A stretch of 13,325 bases of DNA, taken from NCBI GenBank assembly GCA_043809245.1, contig JAZDDZ010000033.1, forward strand, positions 1 to 13,325. Direction: 5' to 3'. Positions 1-7,044 of this stretch are shown piece by piece (position 1 is the stretch's first letter; each line of letters begins with the position of its first letter). Both the position numbers and the translations under genes were made by a program. A model generated the notes under the pieces. That model was not told the origin of the DNA, made no database searches, and saw only the letters and a program-made list of their open reading frames with translations. The stretch is from Candidatus Iainarchaeum sp. Lineage in GTDB: Archaea; Iainarchaeota; Iainarchaeia; Iainarchaeales; JAZDDZ01.

Positions 1-1
1 C

Positions 2-247
2 AGCATTGCACAGCTCGCGCAGAGATTCAAAGGCGCGAGTTCAAGGCACATCCGCCAAAAATATCCCGTAAGACTCGCAGTGCACGATTTGTATGGCGAC
101 CAGTTATGGAGCGACGGATACTTTCACAGAACAGTCGGAGCCGTGACAACAGAAGCAATGCGCAAATACGTTACAGAAAGCCAACAAAAACACTGGACAG
201 CACAAAAACCAAAACCCGCGCAAACCACGCTACTGCAGTTCAATTAA
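2..247 (+). CDS. tnpA: IS200/IS605 HUH/Y1 transposase TnpA, C-terminal 81 aa (5'-partial; not in ORF track)
   Basis: My translation of frame 2: SIAQLAQRFKGASSRHIRQKYPVRLAVHDLYGDQLWSDGYFHRTVGAVTTEAMRKYVTESQQKHWTAQKPKPAQTTLLQFN*. It has the Y1_Tnp hallmarks KGxSSR, LWSxGYF.xTVG and the catalytic Tyr helix (YVTESQ). Confidence 0.93.
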   Translation, partial: SIAQLAQRFKGASSRHIRQKYPVRLAVHDLYGDQLWSDGYFHRTVGAVTTEAMRKYVTESQQKHWTAQKPKPAQTTLLQFN

Positions 248-263
248 AGAAATTCCCCAAACG

Positions 264-327
264 CTTCGCTCCGAGCCACAAAAGGCTCGGAGTTGACCGC
301 CCAAGCGGTCAACCCTTCAGGGCGAAG
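264..327 (+). repeat. Nested inverted repeats (four-way junction) at the IS right end
   Basis: CTTCG(264-268)/CGAAG(323-327) closes three abutting hairpins: CTCCGAGCC(269-277)/GGCTCGGAG(284-292), TTGACCGC(293-300)/GCGGTCAA(305-312) and CCCT(313-316)/AGGG(319-322). Confidence 0.9.
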
Positions 328-337
328 TAGTTTACAA

Positions 338-760
338 ATGCTTTTTCCGGAAGATTTTCATAAACAAAAAGAACTTGCAGAAAGGTTATGCTGGTCGTTT
401 ATAAAAAAAAGATTTGGATTCATTGAGTTTATCAATGACGCAAAGCAAGACACATACGCTAAAAGAATTCAGAACATTGAAACAAGGTTAGTTAATACAA
501 GTAAAGGAAACACCCCTGCAGAAAAAAAGAAAGCCGCTGCAGGAAAAATAAAGAAACTTGAACGCTTTTCTTCAGAGCTTAATTCAATCGCAAATATTTA
601 CAAAAAAAAGCAACGGATAAAATTTTACAGAAGAATTAGAAAAGAAAAAAATGCGCCTGATTCAATGGCGTCTGACCCTTTAACGCATGCCATAGGCGAG
701 ACGCTTACCACACTCTCTATATTCTGGCCTTTAGAAAAAAAACTAAGTGCGGAAAAGTAA
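338..760 (+). CDS. Hypothetical Lys/Arg-rich protein (140 aa from ATG 338; may be 5'-truncated by the IS)
   Basis: AT-rich open frame ending at TAA 758-760 and followed by a T7 tract. The track's TTG start at 293 lies inside the IS hairpins, so ATG 338 (MLFPEDF...) is preferred. No recognisable domain. Confidence 0.55.
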   Translation: MLFPEDFHKQKELAERLCWSFIKKRFGFIEFINDAKQDTYAKRIQNIETRLVNTSKGNTPAEKKKAAAGKIKKLERFSSELNSIANIYKKKQRIKFYRRIRKEKNAPDSMASDPLTHAIGETLTTLSIFWPLEKKLSAEK

Positions 761-764
761 GCAA

Positions 765-771
765 TTTTTTT
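765..771 (+). terminator. Possible archaeal-type oligo-T terminator
   Basis: T7 run 4 nt after the stop codon at 760, with no preceding hairpin. Confidence 0.35.
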
Positions 772-808
772 AGTTAGGGGCGTTGGAGAGAATTGGGCTT
801 TCGGATTA

Positions 809-820
809 TTTTATATAATT
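809..820 (+). promoter_or_regulatory. Putative TATA box for a leaderless ydeI-like transcript
   Basis: TTTTATATAATT ends about 20 nt upstream of ATG 840, and no SD motif precedes that ATG. Confidence 0.5.
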
Positions 821-839
821 AGATTCCCCCAAGTAGAAT

Positions 840-1403
840 ATGAAACTAGGCAAAACGCTTTACTTAACGGACAGAAAAAAGTGGCGCGCTTGGCTTGAAA
901 AAAACCGCAAAAAGAAGAAAGAGATTTGGCTAATCTACTACAAAAAATCATCTGGAAAGCCGCGGATTCCATACAATGATGCCGTGGAGGAAGCGCTTTG
1001 CTTTGGCTGGATTGACAGCACAGCAAAAAAGATTGACGAGGAAAGCTTCGCGCAAAGGTTTACGCCCAGAAACCCGAAAAGCCTGTTATCGGAAATGAAC
1101 AGGGAACGCATAAGGCGCCTGATTAAGCGGAAAAAAATGACGCAAGCAGGGCTTGAGGCAGTAAAGCATGCATTTGATGGAAACACCAAGCGGGAAAAAA
1201 TAGTTATCGCGCCAGACATCCTTAATGCGCTTAAAAAAGACAGGAAAACTTGGAAAAATTTCCGCAACTTTTCGGAATCCTACAGGCGAATAAGGATAGG
1301 CTGGATTGAGGGCGCAAGGGAAAGGCCAGAAATGTTCAAAACACGGCTGAATTACTTTGTGAAAAAGACTGCAAAAAACAAAAAATTCGGGATGGTGCAG
1401 TGA
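840..1403 (+). CDS. YdeI/OmpD-associated (OmdA, 'bacteriocin-protection') family protein
   Basis: Motifs WRAWLEKN, EIWLIYYKK, AVEEALCFGWIDS and QRFTPR..S..SE.N, plus the C-terminal OmdA-like segment PDILNALK...F..FS.SYR...IGWI..A...E.R. Confidence 0.9.
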   Translation: MKLGKTLYLTDRKKWRAWLEKNRKKKKEIWLIYYKKSSGKPRIPYNDAVEEALCFGWIDSTAKKIDEESFAQRFTPRNPKSLLSEMNRERIRRLIKRKKMTQAGLEAVKHAFDGNTKREKIVIAPDILNALKKDRKTWKNFRNFSESYRRIRIGWIEGARERPEMFKTRLNYFVKKTAKNKKFGMVQ

Positions 1404-1406
1404 AAT

Positions 1407-2852
1407 TCAATCGCTGCTGCCGATTCTCTGCACCCTCAGCTTTTCCACAGCAATTTCAGGCGTTAGGACAACTGCTTCCTGGCCCCAGGAAAGCGCAGAG
1501 GACTGCTTTTTGCTTAAGCCGATTGCGCTGGAGAAAACGCGGTCAAGGTTGTCGTTCAGGCGCAAAGTGTTTGGAACAAGCGCTGAAACAATTTCGCCGT
1601 TTTTCACTATATAGCTGTCGCCGCGCATTGTTCCAGTGAAGTCAGCTGAAGCATAGCCGTTGACTGGATAAACATACCAAATACGCCCAATGTACAGGCC
1701 GTCCTTGATTTCCTTGATTAGCTCTTCATCTTCCTTGAATTCGCCTTTCCCGACCACGACATTTGTCGCGTTTATTCCAGGAGAAATTTCGTGGTGCCTT
1801 CCAGGGCCAAAGCGAAAGCCGTTCTGCGCGTTAAACCTTTTGTCTTCGGGGAATTTTTTCGCGTAATAATCGTTGGAGAGATAGTTTGAGAGAACGCCTT
1901 TTTCCACCAAGCGCGTTTTGCCTGTGGGAATGCCTTCATCTGTTACTGCTTTTGTGCCAATCATTCCCTCAAGCAATGCGTCATCTGAAACACTTAATTT
2001 TTCGCTCCAGATTTTTTCACCCAGTTTTCCAACGTAAGGCGAGGCGTTAACGTCAACCTCGTTCAAGCCAACGGAAAAACGGCTGTAAAAAAGCTCCGCA
2101 ACAGCCAAGCGGCCGAAAACAACTTTGTATTCCCCTGATTCAACTGTTTTCGCATTCATTGAGGAATAGGTTTTTTCAGCAGCGATTTTTCCAGCGCTGA
2201 ATGCGTCAAGGTTTTTCAAATGCGTTGAGGAATCAAACCACATTCCGGCGACATCCCTTTCAAGCTCAAAAATTGATGTGATTGAAGCAAAGGCAGCGGT
2301 TGATTCATCGGTTTCATTGACTCCGTTTGAATTTGCAACCGCAATCCTCTCCGCGAGAAAATCCGCTTCTCCTGTAATGTTGAAGTTTTCGCTGAATTTT
2401 TTTCCGGAAAGGAAGGAAAATGCGCCGTCAAGGCAAGCGTAGGCGGATGCAATAGCTTTCTCTTCGTCCAGTTCCATTATTTTTTTGTCATGGTAGTTTT
2501 TAATCTTCTTTTTTCCGCGTGGAGAGGGAAGCGAGTGAAAGTCAGTGTCCTGAACCCTGTCCTTTTCCGCTTTCGCGAAAGCGCTTAACAACGCGTTCCT
2601 GCTTAAATCATTGTCTTCTTTTCCGAAACCGTTTTTTCCGTCCTTGAATAAAACTCTGACGCTCAAGCCAAAGCCATTGTCTGACTTGGGTTCCTCCAAT
2701 GCGTTTGAGGGAAGGTTTGAAGCGTAATTTAGGCGCATTACAGTAAGGCAGTTGGCTGAAGCGAATACCTCTGCTTCCTTTACGTTCGGCTTTTTTTCAA
2801 TCAAGCGCAAGGAGTCTTCAACCGCTGCTTTCAGTTCTTTAACTGAAATCAT
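1407..2852 (-). CDS. pmbA: TldE/PmbA family protein (non-catalytic partner of TldD)
   Basis: PmbA_TldD features: GLSVRV N-terminus, AVANSNG, SGEYKVVF, DEGIPT..T.LVE.GVL..YL, and GDFTG-like ADFTG...Y.VKNGEI. It lacks HExxxH. ATGA overlap with the tldD stop (2849-2852). Confidence 0.88.
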   Translation of the reverse strand: MISVKELKAAVEDSLRLIEKKPNVKEAEVFASANCLTVMRLNYASNLPSNALEEPKSDNGFGLSVRVLFKDGKNGFGKEDNDLSRNALLSAFAKAEKDRVQDTDFHSLPSPRGKKKIKNYHDKKIMELDEEKAIASAYACLDGAFSFLSGKKFSENFNITGEADFLAERIAVANSNGVNETDESTAAFASITSIFELERDVAGMWFDSSTHLKNLDAFSAGKIAAEKTYSSMNAKTVESGEYKVVFGRLAVAELFYSRFSVGLNEVDVNASPYVGKLGEKIWSEKLSVSDDALLEGMIGTKAVTDEGIPTGKTRLVEKGVLSNYLSNDYYAKKFPEDKRFNAQNGFRFGPGRHHEISPGINATNVVVGKGEFKEDEELIKEIKDGLYIGRIWYVYPVNGYASADFTGTMRGDSYIVKNGEIVSALVPNTLRLNDNLDRVFSSAIGLSKKQSSALSWGQEAVVLTPEIAVEKLRVQRIGSSD

Positions 2853-4402
2853 TGCATTGCCCCCGAAACAATCGCTTTTCCGCGCAAGTGCGGGCCGCCG
2901 TTGCCAACGCGCATTGTCTGCATTGGCGTTCCCTTTCCGCAGTTAGGCACATTAAACAAATGGAAGTCATCAGCTACAGCGTCAATTGAAAGGAAAAACT
3001 TGTGGGAATCACTGCTTATTCCCCCCGAGCGGTACAACTGCGTTGGCTCTCCATTCTCTATTTTGTAAAGCTTCCAGCAAGTGATTGTAAAATTCTGCCT
3101 TGTTTCGCCGATGCTCGGCGTCTTTTGCCCGACAGCATACCATCCTTCCTTTGTGTCCGCAAACAATTCGTCTTTCTTCCATTCTCCAGGGGCAATGCAG
3201 GTGTTGTTCATGCGGATGATTGGCATCATTTCAGCGCTTGAAGCGCGCATTCCGCCGTTTGGCTCCTTGCCTAAAATCAAAGCGGTTTCACGGCTGTTCA
3301 AAAACTCGTTTAGGACGCCGTTTTTGATGTTGAATATTTTTTTCGCCTTAACCCCTTCATCATCGTACTTGTATCCCCCAAAGCCTTTCAGCGACGGGTC
3401 AGAGAAAACAGTTAACTGGTCTGAACCAACTTTTTTGCCGAACCAGTTTTTTTCAAGGCTCGTAAACCACCAGGCCCTTCCAGCCCATGCAGCCTCTTTT
3501 TTAAGCGCCCTGTCGGCTTCGCTTGGATGCCCTGTGACTTCATGGCTTAAAAGCGTGTTAAACCAGGGGTCTGTGATAACGGTCTCCTCTTTTGCTGTCC
3601 GCTTCATTGCCGGCGCGTTTGAAACCTCAACCGTTCCATCCGCAAGAAACTGCGAGAAGTCCTCCAGGTTTTTTCCAAAGGGATTAACGCCGTCCAGGAC
3701 CTCCAAGCCGGAGTAATCACCCAAAATTTCGTTGTATGTTTCCATTGCCTTTCCTTTAGCCGCAAGGAAAATGAATGCCTCGGTTAAAGCAAAAGTCTGG
3801 TCAATCAAAGCCCCCTCAGTGCTTCCAAAAATTTTTCGGTTTAAGCCGGAAAGCACGCCAATGGAATTCGTTGCAATGCCGTTCATCTGCTGCAATTGCT
3901 TTGAAACCTTTTCAACGCGTTCAATCAATTCCTCCAGTGAAGCGTCACGCGGGTTTTTTTTGAATTCCGCTTTCACTGTTTCAACGCAAACCTCAACTGG
4001 GGCAAGCTCTGTTGAATGGATTCCTCTCGCGTAAGCGGGAAATTTTTTTGCAAGCCTTTGCTTTTCAGTGGAATTAAGCAAGGCGCGCTTAAGCGACAAG
4101 CCAAGCAATTCGTTCAGGTTTTTTCCCAGTTTTTTTCTCAAATCTTCAAGGCCCAAAGTTTTTCCCGCAAAGCCCCCTGCAACCGCGTTTTTTTCTCCGG
4201 CGAAAACCCTTACACCCAAGCCGACTGAGTAGTCCTCTGATGCGCCTTTCACGTTTCCCTGCAGTGCCGAAGCGCCCTTTCCCTCGCCTAATTCGAGGCG
4301 GACATCAGCGTAGCGCAGCTTTTTGTTTTTTTCCGCAAAAGAGGAAAGCGCTTTTGAAAGCGCGTCCTTTGCCGAATCAAGTTCTTCGATTGATGCTTTC
4401 AA
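2849..4402 (-). CDS. tldD: TldD family metalloprotease
   Basis: YADVRLE and GLGVRV N-terminal motifs, metal-binding HEVTGHPSEAD, YDDEGV, PIIRMNNT, and C-terminal CGKG.P.Q...VGNGGP with the Cys ligand. TTG start with GGTGA SD at 4411-4407. Confidence 0.95.
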   Translation of the reverse strand: MKASIEELDSAKDALSKALSSFAEKNKKLRYADVRLELGEGKGASALQGNVKGASEDYSVGLGVRVFAGEKNAVAGGFAGKTLGLEDLRKKLGKNLNELLGLSLKRALLNSTEKQRLAKKFPAYARGIHSTELAPVEVCVETVKAEFKKNPRDASLEELIERVEKVSKQLQQMNGIATNSIGVLSGLNRKIFGSTEGALIDQTFALTEAFIFLAAKGKAMETYNEILGDYSGLEVLDGVNPFGKNLEDFSQFLADGTVEVSNAPAMKRTAKEETVITDPWFNTLLSHEVTGHPSEADRALKKEAAWAGRAWWFTSLEKNWFGKKVGSDQLTVFSDPSLKGFGGYKYDDEGVKAKKIFNIKNGVLNEFLNSRETALILGKEPNGGMRASSAEMMPIIRMNNTCIAPGEWKKDELFADTKEGWYAVGQKTPSIGETRQNFTITCWKLYKIENGEPTQLYRSGGISSDSHKFFLSIDAVADDFHLFNVPNCGKGTPMQTMRVGNGGPHLRGKAIVSGAMQ

Positions 4403-4418
4403 TTTCTCACCGGATTAC

Positions 4419-4598
4419 TTATTTTTTCTTCACCATTGGCAGGCCTGTTTTCTTGTTTTCAATGACCTTGTAGCCTTCAGGAAGCTCGGCGCCGTTGTCG
4501 CTTGAGCCTGAGAAAAAGTAAAGCGTGCTTCCCCCTCTTCCTTCGCCTGCGTGCAGGAAATAGGTTTTTCCCCTGGAGTTTTTATGCGAGTAAGCCAT
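4419..4598 (-). CDS. Small 59-aa protein of unknown function (below ORF-track cutoff)
   Basis: MAYSHKNSRGKTYFLHAGEGRGGSTLYFFSGSSDNGAELPEGYKVIENKKTGLPMVKKK*. ATG with AGGGGG SD-like motif 6 nt upstream; ends 16 nt before tldD. From memory it resembles a conserved small hypothetical family (NS.G..Y.LH...YFF...LP.GY.V.EN..TGLP..KK). Confidence 0.85.
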   Translation of the reverse strand: MAYSHKNSRGKTYFLHAGEGRGGSTLYFFSGSSDNGAELPEGYKVIENKKTGLPMVKKK

Positions 4599-4630
4599 AT
4601 CAAGCCCCCTTTTGCCTTTTTTTAGGCAAC

Positions 4631-4665
4631 AATTATATATGGGAATGAAACTTTATATAATAAAC
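4631..4665. promoter_or_regulatory. Divergent promoter region with TATA-like boxes
   Basis: AATTATATAT (4631-4640) and GAAACTTTATATAATAAA (4647-4664) lie in the 103-bp gap between the small ORF/tldDE operon and the DHH gene. Confidence 0.55.
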
Positions 4666-4701
4666 TATTCGCTTTTTTAGCTTTTTGCGGGTGAGCTTTG
4701 C

Positions 4702-5788
4702 GTGTTTTCAAAGAACAGGAAACTCATTGAAAGGTTTTGGCAGTACGTTCTCTCAATTTCTTCAGAGGATAGAATAGCAATCATTTACCATTCCGATGCG
4801 GACGGCCTGGGAAGCGCCTGCGTTGCAATGCGCGGAATGCTTCTTTCAAGCGGTAACCGCGCGAGAAATTTTTTTCCATACAATTACTCTGAAAACAATC
4901 TGAAAAAAATACTGAAAAGGCTGAAAAAACTGAGGCCTTCGCGTGTTGTAATTGTTGACATAGGGATTGACCAGAACCCCGGCTTCATAAAAGAACTTGA
5001 AGGCTTCGCGAAAGTGCTTATAGTTGACCACCACAAGATTTACAAGAACCTTTCCTCAAAAAAAAACTGTTTTCCTGAAACCACAGCTTGTTTCCCAAAT
5101 TGAGCCAAGCAAGTACCCTTGCTCTAAATTTGTTTTTGATTTGTTCACTGAAAATGACAGCAAAAGCTTTCCCTGCTGGGTTGTGGCTGTGGGAATTCTT
5201 GGCGACAGTGGACTGACGCAGTGGAGGCAATTTGTCTTGCGGGCATGCAAGAGGGCGGGCCTTAGCCTAAAGCAAATGGATTCCCTGAAGGAAATGGTGT
5301 GCGCGGTTGAGGCGTTTGCCCCGGAAAAATTCAATGCATTGCTTAAGGAATTCTTTAAATTTTATGATGTGCCAAAAAAACTGTTCAAGTCGCCCTTGTT
5401 CAAATACAAGAAACTGCTTGACAGGGAAATGAAAAAACTGCTAAAAAAAGCAGGAAGGGAAACAAAAAAATTCCCGGAAATTGAATTAATGGTTTTCTCA
5501 TTCAAGTCAAGCCATGATTTGAAAAGTGCTCTCATAAACAGGCTAAGCGCAAAAAACCCGCATAAAACCGTGCTTGTGCTGAAGGACATTGGAAAAGGCA
5601 AGATAAGGTTCAGCGCGCGAAGGCAGGACTTCAAAGTCAAAATGAATGATTTGCTTGAAAAAGCAATGAAAGGATTGAATGGCACCGCAGGCGGCCACAC
5701 CCCCGCGGCAGCGGGAAGGGTTGGCAGGAAACAAGTGGAAAAATTCAAGGAAAACGTGCGGAAGGAACTGCAGAAGATTTACAAGTGA
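4702..5788 (+). pseudogene. DHH/DHHA1 phosphoesterase (RecJ/NrnA-like), frameshifted at A9 tract 5058-5066
   Basis: ORF 4702..5103 carries HSDADG, VDIG and DHH. ORF 5024..5788 carries GILGD and the DHHA1 motifs FSAR and GGHTPAAAG. Deleting one A from the A9 tract gives one continuous 361-aa frame (...NLSSKKTVFLKPQ...). GGTGA SD at 4690-4694. Confidence 0.88.
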
Positions 5789-5791
5789 AAC

Positions 5792-6979
5792 TCAGTTTCT
5801 GACAACGCCTGTTTCTTTCGCTGCCTTTGCAACGGCTTCCGCTATTTTTTTCGCGACATCTTTTTCAAGCGCATAGGGGAGAATCCTGTCCTTTGAAGGC
5901 TTCGGAACACATTCAGCCAAAGCGTTTGAAGCCGCAATCTTCATTTCGTTGTTTATCTTTGTGGCCTTTGAGTCAAGTGCCCCGCGGAAAACCCCCGGAA
6001 AAGCCAGAACATTGTTTATCTGATTGGGAAAATCGCTTCTCCCGGTGCCTACAACCGCCGCGCCAGCGTCAATTGCGTCCTGCGGCATTATTTCTGGAAC
6101 AGGATTTGCCATTGCAAGGACTATTGCGCCCTCGTTCATTGATTTAACCATTTCCTTTGAAACAACGTTTGCAACCGAAACACCGATGAATGCGTCTGCG
6201 CCCTTTAACGCATCTGCAAGGCTTCCGCTTAGTTTTTCGCTGTTAGTTATTTTCGCGAGTTCCTGTTTTGCGGGGTTAAGGCCTTCCCTTCCCTCAAAAA
6301 TCGCGCCCTTTGAATCGCATACAATTACTTCTTTTGCTGAAAAGCAAATGCTGCTGTCAACCTCAAAGCATTTCAATAGCCTTGCGACAGCTGTTCCCGC
6401 TGCACCCGCTCCGTTGACGACTATTTTTATGCCCTCAATTTTTTTCCCCACAACCTTAAGCGCGTTGATGAGCGCTGCCCTCACGACAATTGCTGTGCCG
6501 TGCTGGTCGTCGTGAAAAACAGGAATCCCCAAATCCTGGAGCGCGGCCTCTATTTCAAAGCAGCGCGGCGCGGAAATGTCCTCCAAGTTTATGCCGCCAA
6601 AAACAGGGGCAATCCTTTTAACTGTTTCAATTATTTCCGCGCTATCCTGTGTTTTAAGGCAAATTGGAAAAGCATCAACGCCAGCGAACTCCTTGAACAA
6701 AACCGATTTTCCCTCCATTACCGGAATGGCTGCCTCCGCTCCAATGTTGCCTAAGCCGAGGACAGCGGAACCGTCGCTTACAACTGCAACTGAATTTGAT
6801 TTCAAAGTCAAATCGAATACGCGTGAAGGGTTTGCCGCAATCTCCTTGCAGGCCTGTGCAACGCCGGGAGTGTAGGCAATGCTTAATGCTTCACGTGAAT
6901 CAACAGGTATTTTTGAGTGCAACTCTATTTTTCCCTTCAGTTTTTCATGCATTTTCAGGGATTCTGAAAAAAAATCCAT
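5792..6979 (-). CDS. NAD(P)-dependent malic enzyme (short ~400-aa type without PTA domain)
   Basis: AYTPGVA, VSDGSAVLGLGNIG, PVMEGKS.LFK, GGINLEDISAPRCF, FHDDQHGT, GAGAAG, AMANPVPEI and TGRSDFPNQINN. AGGTGA SD at 6992-6987. Confidence 0.97.
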   Translation of the reverse strand: MDFFSESLKMHEKLKGKIELHSKIPVDSREALSIAYTPGVAQACKEIAANPSRVFDLTLKSNSVAVVSDGSAVLGLGNIGAEAAIPVMEGKSVLFKEFAGVDAFPICLKTQDSAEIIETVKRIAPVFGGINLEDISAPRCFEIEAALQDLGIPVFHDDQHGTAIVVRAALINALKVVGKKIEGIKIVVNGAGAAGTAVARLLKCFEVDSSICFSAKEVIVCDSKGAIFEGREGLNPAKQELAKITNSEKLSGSLADALKGADAFIGVSVANVVSKEMVKSMNEGAIVLAMANPVPEIMPQDAIDAGAAVVGTGRSDFPNQINNVLAFPGVFRGALDSKATKINNEMKIAASNALAECVPKPSKDRILPYALEKDVAKKIAEAVAKAAKETGVVRN

Positions 6980-7019
6980 TTTTTGCTCACCTTTTTGTTT
7001 TTTTTGCCAGCAGAAAAAG

Positions 7020-7044
7020 TTTTATAAGCGGGCATTTTATAAAA
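7020..7044 (-). promoter_or_regulatory. Possible internal TATA box / inverted repeat upstream of the malic enzyme gene
   Basis: TTTTATAA(7020-7027)-9 nt-TTATAAAA(7037-7044). The right half includes the purQ stop codon. Confidence 0.3.

Larger units (their letters stand above)
1..335 (+). mobile_element. IS200/IS605-family insertion sequence, 3' part (truncated by window edge)
   Basis: Y1 transposase C-terminus (2..247) is followed by GC-rich hairpins and CCCTTCAGGGCGAAGTAGTTTAC, which resembles IS200/IS605 right ends of the form ...CCCTTCAGGGCGGGGTAGTTCAC. The end at 335 is inferred. No tnpB lies between the tnpA stop and the end. Confidence 0.85.

Noticed and set aside
106-330. 74-aa ORF in the track
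   Set aside because: It is an alternative frame over the real tnpA (frame 2) and the IS end hairpins, with no protein-like motifs.
264-335. tRNA-like cloverleaf
   Set aside because: Stem and loop sizes do not fit a tRNA, there are no D-loop or T-loop consensus motifs, and the IS-end context explains it better.
293-337. N-terminal extension of ORF 293..760
   Set aside because: The TTG start lies inside the IS terminal hairpin; ATG 338 is more plausible.
3002-4505. Long plus-strand ORFs (e.g. 3081..3716, 3732..4034) opposite tldD
   Set aside because: Antisense shadow frames of a well-supported gene, Phe/Ser-rich as expected from reverse-complemented Lys/Glu codons.
5061-5067. Programmed -1 ribosomal frameshift at A_AAA_AAC
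   Set aside because: The downstream DHH half is in the +1 frame, so a -1 shift would not reach it.
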